DNA of 64,000 nt from Fimicolochytrium jonesii (taxonomy: Eukaryota), in the NCBI RefSeq assembly GCF_025526975.1, contig NW_026515673.1, positions 868,001 to 932,000 on the forward strand, read 5' to 3'. This document shows, piece by piece, positions 42,776 to 56,513 of the stretch. The first letter of the stretch is position 1, and each line of letters starts with the position of its first letter. A program made the position numbers and the translations under genes. The notes under the pieces were generated by a model that saw nothing but the letters and a program-made list of their open reading frames with translations, had not been told where the DNA came from and searched no databases.

Positions 42776-42784
42776 GGCGCGAAA
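42776..42784 (-). promoter_or_regulatory. Putative E2F/SBF-type site (TTTCGCGCC) upstream of MCM5
   Basis: GGCGCGAAA on + strand, about 220 bp upstream of the MCM5 ATG, flanked by three TGTCCGAAA copies. Confidence 0.45.
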
Positions 42785-42934
42785 TGTCCGAAACCTCGGC
42801 TGGAGCGTTTGGCGAGCCTACAGTATAAAAAGTGTCGTTTTGCGCAAGACGCGATGGCCCAAGTCGTCTAAGGCCGCAGACTAGAAATCTACTCGGAAAC
42901 TTCACCTTTACTGCAATCGACCTTGAAAAAAGCA

Positions 42935-44192
42935 ATGTCGGAGCCCAGACAGCGCCCATCGATTCTCATTCCTCCCGACCGTGAAGGGGAAGGTTTTCAT
43001 CTGGCCCAATTTTGGGAACATGAAACAGCCTTGCGCTTCCAGGGCTCGGAAAGTACCCTTCCTTTGGACTGGAAATTTGCCTACCAGTATAACCCGGAGA
43101 AGAAAAAAATCACCTACAACGAGAATCACCTGAAGAAATGGCACCATGCCGCGACAGAACTGAACGACTATGATAATCCGTACGTCACCTTGATGATCAG
43201 GGGCCCTAAGGATCTCGGTCCACAGCTCCAAGCGACGACAGTCATGCTTCGCGTATTGGGACCCACCGACGATGGGACCACCAACCCCCCAACCTTCCAT
43301 GGAACGGCGTTTTATGTTGCACCCACCATGTTGCAGACCGCCAGACACAATATACAGCCCATGGAGAATGTACGGCCGCTCGCCTGCAATTCCGCACGAC
43401 CCATAACACGTCGGACAGCAATTCGATCTCGGCAGGCTTCAAGGCTACTCCTATTCGCCCAGCGGACGACTTGGTTGATTTGCCACCTCATCTTCATCAC
43501 ATGCTCCCTCAAGCCGAAGGTGTAGAAGACAAGGATCCAGTGGATAGCTCCGGGTTAAAGTATCAGAACGACTTTACATTTTTAAAGAGTAACCGAACGG
43601 TTGGCCAAGTTTTGGTCCCAGCATGCTGGCCGATGCATACGTGGTCACTGCTGGATTTCCTGGCGCTCCAAAAGAAGAGGACGCAGTGGCGGCCGCCACA
43701 GATATTGTAGGCGAATTACGCTGCCAAGATGTCGATCAGTATATCAAGGCCGTCATGGGCATGGTTACCAAGCTGAGCCGTTTGTTTCGTGAAGATGTAT
43801 TGAATGTTTCTCCAGGAGCGGTCGTTCAACAGGGCTTGCGAATCGCGACACACGATTGTACAACACTGCCTGGCTTCTCCGGCGGCCCTGTTATTCTGAT
43901 TGCCTTGCCTGGTGTGTTCATCGGACAGCATATTGCTGGTACCAATGTTCCGGCTGCCGGGCAGAATCTTTTCTTGTGCGCAACCCATCCGGCTTACGTT
44001 GCCGAGTATGTCAAGCACGTCCTTCCCGAGCTTTTCGAGGCCCTAGAGACCAATGCTGGACTCCTCATGTCGATTCAGCAGCGGCACTTTTCTGATTGGT
44101 TGAAGGCAACCTGCGGTGCGCCTGACATGGATTTACTTTCTTGCATCAAGTCGATATTGGAAGAGAGCACGGACGGGGGGCGGGGGGGATGA
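42935..44192 (+). pseudogene. Trypsin-like (Trypsin_2) serine protease, frameshifted
   Basis: Triad motifs lie in three different frames: 'GTAFYVAPTMLQTARHNI' (His), 'NDFTFLK' (Asp) and 'HDCTTLPGFSGGPV' (Ser). No plausible intron at the ~43620 frame change. Confidence 0.6.
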
Positions 44193-45010
44193 ACCCAACC
44201 CTACGTAGCTTTCAAAGTTAACCCAACTCATTGTGTATGGAGGCGTGTCTATTGGCATAGCAAAGCGTATGAGCGAATTATTGGAGAGCTGTATTGGCAT
44301 TGGGAACGGCGTAGGCATCAAGTATCTGTATTTGCTACAAAAAAAGACTTCGCGGTGGTGTGAGACACACAAACCGAGATGTGATTAGCGAAGTTTTGGA
44401 CGGCGACGTGAGAAAAAGACGGGAGATGGAGCTGGGGGAAGGGCGGAGATGAGCCCGGAAGCGGGGTGATGTGGGCGAGAACATCCCACGCAGAGGGTAT
44501 CTATGACCGTAGGATATGTCCCCTTTTGTCGACGCCGTTTTTTTTCTCACTCGATCTCGACTCTTTGGGTGGTTCCCAATTTTTGTTGTATTTTCTGTAA
44601 CTTGTTGTGTCATGGTATCATTCAGGGCATTCCCTATGAACTATACCCTTTGTTCGAACGATCTTGGCAGTTGCTTGCAGCATCGGTTTTACCGGGCGTT
44701 GAAATTTCTACTTTTTGTGTAGTTTGCGTGCGTTGGTTTTGTTGTTTGAGTGTGGATTTGAAGTTGAGACTCGTGAGGCAGCGAGATGCATTTCCCTTCT
44801 TCGCAAATCCCGGAGGAGTTCGGTTGGCCAAATTGACCGTCCATGAGCTCGTTGACGTATCATCCATCGTTTGTTTTCAAGATGTGATGTGGCTCCCAAA
44901 TCACGCAACCGGATGTCTCACATTTATGGATTCATGCACTATGAAAAAGATACGTACGCTATGCAATAATTTACCTAACCTAACTACAACCTCCGTCCTT
45001 CTCCCACACC

Positions 45011-47985
45011 TTACCCCTCAAACTTCCTCTTCCTCCCCTCCTTTTCCTTCTTCTCCTTCTTCTCCTCCTTCTCCCCACTCTTCCCCTTCTTCCTCTTCTT
45101 CGTCGCGGAAATCGCCTCCAAAACCGATACGATATCCCTATCCTTCTTCAGCTTCTTCGACTGCGGTGTCGCCACAACATCAACAGCAGCAAGGGTGGCG
45201 TCATCACCATCGCTGTCGTCATTTGATTCTTCTTCAGCGTCAGAGTTGAACGTGTGATGCCCGTCGGCGCGTTTGCGTTTCTTGCTCTTTTGGAACAGGT
45301 TTTCGATCTCGTCTTTGGATTCTTTGGTTATTGCGCTGGTTATGACAGCATCGGCGGTGGGGTCGGTGGATGTTGGGGCGTCTTCGTTGTCTGAGAGGGC
45401 GAGCTGTGGATGCAGGAGGCGGGATGTAAGTATGATATGGCAACGGAGGAATGCTAAAAGTAGTTGAGGTTACCTTTTCGATCTCCTCATACTCCTTAGC
45501 AGCGCCCGTCGCTTTACTCTTCTTGCTCTTCTTATCCTTCTTATCCCCCTTGACGATCTTCTCCTTCTTCCCGGGCAGCACGACGCCCGCGTCACCCACA
45601 CGCCCACCAGTGAATCCAAGGGCTGCCATCCCCGCGTCGAATTGGTGCGTCGTCCATAAGGGGTCAGCTTGCTCTTTTGCCTTCTTCGCTTTCTTCCCAC
45701 TTTCGTCATTGCTCGCAGCCCGCTTCCCCGCATCATCATCATCCAAAAACTCCTTAAACATATCCCGTTTCCGCTCATGCCCCATCTGCCTCTCCACCCA
45801 TTCCTCCCTCCGCTTCCCATACGTCTCAATCTTACAATTCCTCAGGACAAACTTCCCAAAATGGCTGTTCTGCAAAGTCTTGGTATGGTTATACAGATCC
45901 TCGGCAATCTTCTCCTTCAGACCGATATCCGCAACTGCCCAGGCCTTGTCGACGGTGTGCGAGCCAAATTTGTCGGCGGCGAGGGTGGCGAATTTGCCGA
46001 GCCAGGAGCGAATGAGTTTGCGTTTGGCTTTAAGGTTGATGGTGGAGGAGAGGAGGAATTGTTCGAGGACCCGGGATGAGGTCGGGGAGAAAGCCCAGTT
46101 GCGGCTTTCTTCGGGTGTGAGGGACATAAAGCTGTGGTTGAAATGGAAAATGATCCGTGAATACATTCCATAAATCGCATATATGGGCACCAAACGAAAT
46201 TTACCTGTCAATAACCATCTTGTTCGCATCCTCGTCAAACAGGAGAAGATTCTGCAGAATCAACGATCCGTTCGTATCCGCTTTCGCAGCTTCACCCAAC
46301 GCGCCATACGGCTTCAAGCACAGAATCAAGTTCACCAACTGCTTCCTCTGTTCCGGAGCAGTAGCCTTCAAAGCGTTAGCGACAGCCTTCACGACTTCTT
46401 TCTGACATTTCCCAGTCTGGTGCTTGACGCACGCTTCTGCCACCTTGACGACGACACCAGGTCGCCTATGTGTGAACAGCGTTGGGAAGAACGGGATGAG
46501 CTCGTCGAGCAAGACCTCCAATTGGGTGCCGTTGCGCGTATGGCAGATCAGCTGTTGCACGACAAAGTTGGCGACGGGGTGCAAGCAGAGTTCTTCAAGC
46601 TGTCCGCGGAAGTAGGTGACGTAAAGCTGGTGGAACAGGTGTGCGCTCGCGGCGGCGAGGAGCTTCTCTACGAGGTGAGACCCGACCGGGTGACGGATAA
46701 GATCAACCATGAATTGCCGCTCCTCGTCTGTCTGCGTGCTCAGTTGGCAGGTTGCAGAATCCTCGACCGCGAGGAGGGTGCTGATAAGGGATTCGGATGT
46801 GTCGGAGAGGGAGATGAGGAGCTGGAGCACGGGGTTGGCTACAATATGTGTGGCGTAGGTCCGCAGGCCCATGATCTCCATCTGTTCGGCGACCTCACGC
46901 GTGATCTCCTTCAAGGCCTCTTTGAATTGCGGAGGCACTGTGCGTTTGACGGACACGCCGGCGCGACCCGTTTTCGGCGCGTTGGCGGGATTGGGTTTCC
47001 AAGTATTGTTGTGCTCGGAGTTGTATTTTTTCGATTTCTTACTTCTGCGTTCGGCTTCGCCTTGTGCTAGCGGATCGCCGGACAACAGGCAGAGTACGGC
47101 CCGGACCAAGTGGGAGGCGTACGCGTCCATCATGAGGTCCTTCCATTCTCCTTTCATTTGCTCGCAGAGCTGTTCGACGAGCGTGGTCATCGTCGGTAGA
47201 GTTTCCAATGCAGCTTCGTCGCCTTCAGGCGCCTCGACGACGAATGTTCCCTTGATCTCGCGGTCCACAACATCAGCAGCTGCGTATATGAGTGTTTGAC
47301 ATACATGCGATGCGAACTGGTGCTTGAACAGCTCGATGAACTGTCCATTCAAACGGTCCGTGAACACCCGTACTCGGAAATCGTCCGCCGACCGCAACAT
47401 CTTCTCCACGACCCTCGAGCAATCGGGATCGGCTGCGACAATACACTCTTTTCCGTCCATGGCCCTGAACATGGCGCCGATAAACAGAGCTTTCTCCTCC
47501 TCCGACTCGAACTCTTTGGTGTCAAGCTCCTTTTCCATGCTGAGGAAATACTGATGGTCGTCCGGTGCCATCACGCCGAAGAAGGGCTGTGGTGGGCGGT
47601 TGGTGTACTCGACGTCTTTCGACCGATCATGGTCCCAGGTTTCCCACGCTGCCTCTTCGGCTGCCGTGCGGCCTGAACCAACGGCTACCGCATTCACTCC
47701 AGTAGCTCCTTCCGCGACCTCCGCTTTTGCTTTTCCTCTCTGTCCTCCACGCCTGGTTTTCTTCTTTTGTGGTTCTCCAGTGGAAGTTGCGCCCGGTGGC
47801 GCACGGTCGGAATGCAATGCAGGCTCATACGTAGCTGTGACTGATGGAGCGTCGATATCGGGTTGCGATGTTACGACAGAAGCCTCCTGATTCATGTCTT
47901 CTACGGGAGCTCCTGCCTCTCGATCTTTGACTTTCTTTCCACCTCGCTTGCCCCTCTTCACCTTCTTATGCACCGCTTCGGGCAT
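45011..47985 (-). CDS. NOP9: Nucleolar protein 9 (Pumilio-repeat 40S biogenesis factor), 3 exons
   Basis: PUF repeats 'HQFASHVCQTL', 'YASHLVRAVL', 'VGSHLVEKLL', 'VANFVVQQL', 'FGSHTVDKAW'. Lys-rich tail, stop at 45011. Confidence 0.9.
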
Positions 47986-48376
47986 GACGCTGTTCTTTCC
48001 TGTTGTCGCTCAATAATCAGAACCTTTTTGAGGGCCGTTACGACAGGGCAAAAGTAGTCTATATGAGCGCTGGCTCGACGACCTCTTATACAAGTTCCGG
48101 TCCAATGTCGACGCAGTGGGAAGTTCAGAAAAAATGGAAACGGGATGTGCAAGGAGCCTGAACTTGACGTTTGAATTCCTCGAGTGCCGAGCTCCCGGAG
48201 TTCGGTGGAGCGCGAGGGGTGACACGGCGTCGCACAAGAGCAGTCACCGCGTTTCTCTCGCTCTCTGCTTTCTGCCATGTTTCGCTTTTGCTTTGCCCAG
48301 TGCTCAGTTGAAAGTTGACAAGTGGAAGTGACATTTTGGGCCGTTCAACAAGACATATATATATTAGTCGCACGCA

Positions 48377-49402
48377 ATGACTAGATACAGGAGGACAAAA
48401 ACACACAGGGGGTGAGTACTCGGTGGTCTCGCAGGCGGAAAGACGGGGAGCGTGAGGCTTTGGCTGTCAAACGTTGTTCAACACAGCGACCGGGCGTCAG
48501 TGGAGCATTTGTTATTCAAGTGGCGGGAAAATGCGTGCTCACGGGAAGGGGCATGGATGACGACTTGGGGAGCTTCGTGGACAGCTCTCTTACCAATAAT
48601 CAGCTTGGAAACTCACATGTACTTTCCAAACCTTCGTCCCACTTAGAATTCGCGACGTAAAGCGAGCAAAGCGCACCCGTGCTCGTGTGAAGGATTTGGA
48701 CCAGATACACGAGGACTTGGCCAATCCTGAACAATACAATAACGCCGAACAGGATGCTGATCTGCCGGGAATGGGACAGAACTATTGCATACAGGTGTGT
48801 ATGTTTGTGGATTGTGGGTGGTGGGAACTATCAATGTGTGGACTACGGATGAGATAGGATTTTCAGTGGGACCAGAGAAGTGAGCCTTTGTTTGCGCGCG
48901 GGAACTTTGTTCATTAGCGCCAACGAGAAGGATCTTGGTTTCATGATTGACGATCGAGGAGAACGAAACAGGGATGGGAGAGCGAGGCCGATGGTTGGAT
49001 CATCATGAAATGCCATGACGCACAACACGGATATTTGAGAGTGGGCTCCCGGAGTGCCTGTTACCCCACGCAATCACGCTCACCATCTCTCCCTCACCGT
49101 CCCAGTGCGCCCGCCACTTCACCACATCCGCCTCTCTGCAAGACCACTACAACACCAAACTGCACAAACGCCGCATGAAGGTGCTCAAAGAAGCCCCCTT
49201 CACCCAAAAGGAAGCCGAGGCCGCCGCGGGGCTCTTCACCGACAACGGGCCCGGAAGGAGGAAGGATGGCGCGGATGCTGGGCTGGTTCCGCCGCGTAAT
49301 GCTGCGGATAAGATGGAGGATGTGACGGCGACGACAATAGCTGCGGGGGATGCGGGGAGAATACCGGAACATGCGACGGATCCGCCGGCGGCGGTGGTGT
49401 AG
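48377..49402 (+). CDS. BUD20: BUD20/ZNF593 C2H2 zinc-finger 60S biogenesis factor, 3 exons
   Basis: 'RARVKDLDQIHEDL...DADLPGMGQNYCIQCARHF...HYNTKLHKRRMKVLKEAPFTQKEAEAAAG'. Confidence 0.9.
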
Positions 49403-52400
49403 ATTCTCTCTGCATCTACACGTGTCCTTTTCGACCGACAACCTTCGGAAGAATAAGCCCTTGCATCATTTCGAATCCATACGTAGTCTCGAACTATAGC
49501 GGCGGCAGCGACTCCTTCTTGTTTGCGGAACAGAAGGCCGTTTCCTACGTCATTCGTTCCGCCCCTTTTTGTAAACCTCTCTTAACCTTATGGTGACATG
49601 CTTGTATAAGCGTCGGCAAAGCGTCTTGGAACCCAACGGCTTATCCGAACGACCCGCTTCCAACGTCTTTGCATGTCTATTTAATTTCTTTTACTACAAA
49701 CCACGAATGTTCTCAAATGCATGCACATTTCGCCCGTTTGTCCATTTATGCTTTATGCAAAACCGGGGAGCACCAGCGCATTTGAAGCTCCGGCTTTTAG
49801 TCTATAGATCTACCTCAGACCGGAGAGGGAAGTATCGATTTCGTCTGTAAGGGAATGCTGCCGGTCCATCTAACACAACTGACCCAAGACCCAGACTGAT
49901 AATGAGATATTAAGTAACAGCGATGCGCACTGGGATTCTGGACAAGCAAATAGGGTAATTAACCCATCTCTGTCGTGAATCATTTTCGTCGCCCGCCCGC
50001 GGGCGGCTCCTACGTTGCCAGCGACACCGAACCCTTACTACTCGTCTAACCCGGATCCCGAATGTATCTCCATCTCCTCAGCGCCTGCAAAAAGCGCCAT
50101 CCCCCTCAGCGCCGGACGCCATGATCGCATCTCAAATCGGCCGGAGGCAAGAGTGTTGCTGTCGCGGGCCAGTCGCGCGGACTGACGCCCACGGCCGGAT
50201 TTCACGGGTAGATTGACCCTAAGCATCAATGGGCTCCCCTCAGGAATATCCTTGCTCCTCATGAAACTGACCGCACATCGACGAAGTAGCCCGAACTCAT
50301 GTCCCACAACTCACGCATAACCCCACCGCCACACAGGTGTGGAATTTGTCCAGAGGCAGGCCATCGCGATGTGCTCCTTCATGCAAAGACTTTGAAATGA
50401 TGGTCGAAGTTGAGACCTCTGCACAGAGGACACAATGGATAGGAGAATGAACCCTGGAATGTACGCACCATGTGCGATGTCCTCATGGGCCTCATAGCGC
50501 TCGGAGAGTGTGATTGCAAAGAGGAGCAAGTCGCGAATGTGATGTGATTTTCCGCATTGCGAGGATCGCTCCTCGCAGACGGTTGTGCACGGCCGCGGCG
50601 ACAAGCCCACGACGTCTTCCTCCCTTAAGAACTTCTTTCCCCTGGGAATCCTTGTTTGCCCTCGATTCCAATCCGAAAGTTACGAATTTTCGAGATCCGA
50701 CCTCTGCGCGGACAAGTGCTTCATGTCGTGCGAACTGATTGGTTAGTGCGGGTCCCACTATTGGTAGCAATCGATCGGGATTATTTGCTCGCGGCTTGCA
50801 GCTCTTGCAAAAGAACTGCTGACATTTGTTTATCAACATAGTTCGTCTCCTCTGCCTGCGCGACGGCAGTGGCGGCATCCTTTGCATCACCTGGTTCAAC
50901 CAGTACCGCACCACTGCTTGCTCGGAAGACGCAGGATTCGCTTGACTAGATCCTATTTTATGGGGGTTCGGTGTGCCTCGCGCTTCGTACGGAAACGACG
51001 GATCTCATATCTTCTAATCTTTCCAACGGCGGTAGCTTTGAAAGGCAAGGTGGTATGAAAGGCACGGTGAAAGGCAAAGCTTCCTCCGACGCATGGGTGA
51101 GGGTAGCGATATAGATCGGCATGTAGCGCCGCCCATTTGCTTGCGCCTGTGTGAGTGGCAGCAATGTATGGTATTGGTCATTTTTTTGCGTACGCTACGT
51201 TCTTCAATGGGGCAAAGAAACCTGGAGCGTCGGCGTTTCGCTTTCAAATGGCTCTGTTTCGCCGACACGGCGCAGGCGTGGGTAAAACAAGTATCCGGCT
51301 CAATCATCAGGCACGATGATGCGAACACCCATCCTCGGGTGTCGACGGATTCACCCACTCGACCGTTAATTGACAAGCAGCGATCGGAGAAGTGTTGCGG
51401 GCCAGCGCAAAGTAGCTTCGCAGGGCAATTGATGATGTCCAAGTATAAAATTCGAATCCGCTCAGGACTGGTGCTGGTTTTTGGGGTACGTCTCCGACCT
51501 ATGCACATTGGCCCCCGACGCGTGATTGTGTTCATGTCAGCAAAACGCGTCGCAAACGCGTTCCATTGCGGGGCCCCGACTTTCGAAAGGAGATTTTTCC
51601 CAGTCGCGGCGCCCGGGTGCTGGCAGCTCTCTATGTCGACATCTGTTTCCAACTTCCAAGTGTAGCATGCCCCTCTGCTAAAAAACTGTTCAGTGTACAA
51701 CCGCTATTCGCGCTAAATGATTGGTCGTCGATGCCATGTATATTAGTCATAAGTGCGCTGTCGCTCCAACCTGTCGTTGTCGGCGTGCTCGATTGCGGGA
51801 AGAGCGTGTGGCTTTGGCGTTTGCTGTCGTATCAACCTCATCCAATTCAAAATTCGAAGGACTCTGGTTGCGGCGAGCCGATGCGACAGCTTAACCGGAA
51901 TTGAGGCTTTCCATGCGAACAAAGGTGCCGCTTGGTGAACATCAGGTCCCACGAACCGTTCTCGGCTCTTTGCGTATGAAACCCGTAAGCCGGCCCGAAC
52001 GTCTTTCCGGGCATTACGCGTGATGAGAGAGGGATACCAGAAGCCCGGCGTTAATTCTCAAGTTCTCATACGTGTCCAAAAACAAGCTCTCGCTGAGCTA
52101 TTGAGGACGAAGCAGCTCCTCCGACGTTATCTCCATAGGCGACGATCAAGGAACAATGCACTGTAAAGAGAGTGGTGGCTTCGTCCATTTCGGCCATGAA
52201 TGATAACAGACGGAGTGCGTCACGGCACAGGAGTTCTCGCGAGACGCATCCTTGTCAATGGATGCAGGACGGACCCACGCTCGTTCTGCTCGTTCTGCGA
52301 ACTCCTTTGCAAATTTCGCACACCGCCGGATGCAAGAAAAGTCTTATTCCGTCCATCCCGCCATGACGCTCTGTCTCGAGCCATCCGAAACCAAGATATC

Positions 52401-53982
52401 GCCATCGGGCGACACCAGGAGGTCCGAGTCGGAGACAGCAAGTCCAACAACGAAATATCGCACCATGAACTCAACTTCGTGTCGAGAGTCACGCCTTTTC
52501 TTCGGTTGACGAGGGGCCCCCGAGTGAGTTGAGAGTGCGGCCGTAAGCCGAGTCACTTTGTGGAGTGGATGGATGTCCACGATTGGCTCGCCTTTGGGTG
52601 TCGCTGGTGGACGTAAGTACAATTCTCTTCGCCCCGGCGCTTCCGCGCTCTGTCTGCCCCACAACTGCTACAACCTTCGCGTCTCTAACCCGCAGAGCGA
52701 GGATGCAGCGGATGTCCACAGGGATCGACCAATGTTCAGATTCCTTTTGCTACGCCCCCTCTCACCTTAATTGTCTGAACGTCTCCGACATGCCGTAAGC
52801 TACGATATATATCCACCAGCGATACATCGGGAGGAAGGCCAAAGCCCACAGTGAACTGCGGTCATTCGCTCCCTTTGTAGGAGAGCAGTCCTGTATGCAC
52901 TGCAATCAGCCTCTCGCGTCAATCTCTTATAGCGCTCGTGGGGACTTCAGGATAAAGGTTTCCTTCAGGCAAGTCTCACTCGCCCATGACTTAGCTTCAC
53001 ACAGCCCCATGCATGGGCGCTGTATTTCCATTTTGCGACGGAACTGGTTGCCTGTTTCTGGTCTTTAACCAAATATCCAGCCGAGGAGATCCATGTCCCG
53101 TCGGATATCACTGCGACAAGAGACCATTTTCGGGTCGCGAAGCCGTTTCGGACGCTCGCTCAAACTTGACCACGGGTGCGTCCTAAGGTTTCACCCGATT
53201 CCCTTCTTCAACACTAGGAAGTGCCTTCGGCTCGCCAAGGGGGTGCGTGGACATGACCCATAAGCAACAGTATCGAAACTTGCGCGGCTCCATTGGCGGT
53301 GTTGAGTGCTTTTGCTCCTCCTTGCAGTAGTAGTCTGGTAACCATCGCCTGAGATGCTCTGGCTGTCCAGTCTTTCCTTGTTGAATGTGTCCCAGCCACT
53401 GAAGTTAAGTACTCAAACGGTTCTACGTGTCGTAACAGCTCTGCAGTTGTCCCCTTTCGAAGACCTTGTAACCGTGTCCGTGTGCCGGAATGTCCTGCGG
53501 TTTCTGGGAGATCTTGACGAAGGGGGATTTGGGAGAAGACGGGAAACTGACGCGTTTTGGGAGGAGGACGCTGCTAACTGAAGAACACGCTGGCGAAATG
53601 CGGCTTAGTGTGGCGTAGTGATTGCTTTCAATTAAATGGAGGGTCACGCTCTGTGTTACTCCCACTCGCCGGTGACAAACCTCTGTGCAAGTCATGCTTC
53701 GCTTTGAGACGCGTCGACCACAATGCATGTGGGACTGCCTTCTAATACATATTAATTTGGGAGAAGCTCTTGGGGGCAGGGGCAGGGGGCTCCGAGGAGA
53801 GTCCCAGGATTTGACGATGCAAATGTTGGACATGTGTGCACAGCAAGCACATGCAAGATGAGGATCCCCGGGGGCACAAGCCATGGTCATGTGGGAGAGG
53901 GTCGATGATGATTATGCCCAAGATGTGCTGGGGCGGGCACAGCAACCTCTCGTTTTCCCACGGAACCAATTTGGCGATGGGT

Positions 53983-54000
53983 GGGGGGGGGGGGGGGGGG
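53983..54000 (+). repeat. Poly-G tract (18 nt) upstream of the fumarate reductase gene
   Basis: Uninterrupted G run, followed by a duplicated TTGCGAGTTCTA motif and a TATTATTAAAA TATA-like box. Confidence 0.85.
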
Positions 54001-54248
54001 AAGGATGTTGAACAGGGGCGGCGGGCTATTATAACCCATGATGTTGCGAGTTCTATTGCGAGTTCTATTATTAAAAGTTGCTGCTCCGCATAAAACCTCC
54101 TTTCCACAGCACAGTCACCTCCTCTCTCAACCGGCCCTTTTCCCCACAACCCATAACGGCCGATCTCTAAGCTCATCGTCCAATATCCCATCCACTCGAG
54201 CATACTACGCACAGCCGACACACTCAACAAACGCCTAATTCCAAAACC

Positions 54249-56243
54249 ATGGCTTCTCCTCACATTATCGTTGTCGGCGGTGGTCTAGCCGGTTTGTCCG
54301 CTGCTCACACCATCTTGGAGCGCGGCGGGAACGTGATCCTTCTCGACAAGAACGGTTTCCTGGGAGGAAACTCTACCAAAGCGACGTCTGGTATCAACGG
54401 AGCCAACACCGCTACGCAGCGCAAGCTGAAGATTCCAGACACCTCCGAGATCTTCTACGAGGATTCCGCGAAATCTGCCCGTGATCTGATCGTGCCCCCA
54501 CTCACCAAGGTCCTGACGTACCAATCTGGCGCCGCCGTCGAATGGATCCAGGACAACTTCAAGGTCGACCTTTCGCTGGTGTCGCGTCTCGGTGGTCACT
54601 CCCAACCCCGTACGCACCGTGGAAAGGAAATGTTCCCTGGTATGACAATCACCTACGCGTTGATGGAACGTCTGGAAGATATCGCAAACGACACCCCTAC
54701 CCGCGCCAAGGTCATCAAGAAGGCCAACGTGAACAAAATCGTGAAGGAGAATGGAAAGGTTGTTGGTGTGGAGTATGAGAGGGATGGCAAGACGTACAAG
54801 GAATCTGGGCCGGTGATTGTCGCCACTGGTGGTTACGCTGCCGATTTTTCCGCTACCTCTCTCCTTAAGAAGTACCGCCCTGAGCTGCTCGATTTGCCTA
54901 CTACCAACGGAGACCATTGCACTGGTGACGGTATCAAGCTCACTGAGGCCATCGGTGGAAACACGTTGCACATGGAAAAGGTACAAGTTCACCCAACTGG
55001 TCTTGTTGACCTCAAGGAGCCCGACGCCAAGGTCAAGTTCCTTGCCGCTGAAGCTCTTCGTGGTGTCGGAGGTCTTCTCCTCGACGCCAACGGTCACCGT
55101 TTCTGTGATGAGCTTGGACACCGTGATTACGTGACTGGCAAGGTGAGAACGGCCAAAATTGGGGATGCTGGAGTTGACGGCTGAACATTTGGAACTAATT
55201 TCTTGATCCCAATGTAGATGTGGGAGAACAAGGGTCCCTTCCGGTTAATCCTGAACGGCAAGGGAGGAAAGGAGATCGAATGGCATTGCAAGCACTACAT
55301 GGGCCGTGGTCTCATGAAGCACTTCAAGGGAGCCGACGCCCTCGCCAAGGAGATGGGCATCAACGTGAAGGTTCTGGAAGAGACCTACACAAAATACAAC
55401 GAGATCGCCCGCACGAAGAAGGACCCCTTCGGCAAGAAATTCTTCCACAACGTCCCCTTCGTCCCCGACGACGAGTTTTGGGTCGCCATCGTCACCCCCG
55501 TCCTCCACTTCACCATGGGCGGAATTCAGATCGACGACCAATCCCGCGTGCTGGGTCACGGCGACAACAAGCCCGTTGACGGTCTCTTCGCCTGCGGTGA
55601 GGTCGCCGGCGGTGTGCACGGCGCCAACCGTCTCGGTGGATCCTCCCTCCTCGGATGTGTCGTCTACGGCCGTGTCGCTGGTGCCACCGCCGCCACTTAC
55701 ATCCTCGAAGAGCTGTCCAAGAACAACACCGCTGCTCGTCGTGTCGGTGGGATCGCTGGCCACCTTGCCTCTTCCCCGGTCTCCATCTCCGTCAACGGCC
55801 TCAAGATCACCCTCGCCGCCGACGACGGTTCCTCTTCCTCATCCGCCTCTACCGACGAGGGCGCCGCATCGCAAACCGAGCCCCGCCCCACTGAGGCCAA
55901 CACTGGACCAGAACCCAAGGGCAAGCCAGCTGCGAGCAAGGAGTACACGCTCGAGGAGGTTGCGAAGCATAACACGGAAAAGGACTGCTGGGTTGTTGTT
56001 AACGGCCAGGTGCTGGATGCGACCAACTTTTTGCCTGACCACCCGGGAGGCAAGAAGGCGATCATGCTTTACGCTGGTCGTGATGCAACTGAGGAGTTTA
56101 ACATGTTGCACAAGGTTTGTGAATATGCTTCCAGGTTTCTTCCTTCCACTCTCTTAAATCCAGTACTAACACGGTTCCCCCCCTAGCCCGAGGTCGTTGC
56201 CAAGTATGCGCCTGAGACAATCATTGGCACACTGAAGAAGTAG
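54249..56243 (+). CDS. Soluble fumarate reductase (Osm1/Frd1-type flavocytochrome) with C-terminal cytochrome b5 domain, 3 exons
   Basis: 'IIVVGGGLAGLSAA', 'GGNSTKATSGING', 'RLGGHSQPRTHR', 'VQVHPTG', 'LAAEALRG', 'HFTMGG', 'GGVHGANRLGGSSL'; b5 domain 'EEVAKHNTEKDCW...FLPDHPGG...DATEEF'. Confidence 0.94.
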
Positions 56244-56513
56244 AACTCTTGGAACCCTGCTTGATACCCCAACCCCGATCCCTCTCCTTTCCCTGCACTG
56301 TCCGTTTCCCCGATCTCTTTGCTGTTGTATTCACGTTTCTTTGTGCTTATGTATCAGTATAGCTGCCTTATCATGGTTCGAATCAAAAATTTACACGAAG
56401 AATACTGTCCCAGCTACCTACTTGAGTCCCGTACCCAAATGCCTCTCCGTTCGTCCAGGAACCACCACCTCGTTCGATGCAAACCTTCATCTATCGTCAC
56501 CATCCAAATTCCC

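Noticed and set aside
44200..44950. Short ORFs downstream of NOP9
   Set aside because: Compositionally skewed, no recognisable domain or consistent splice model.
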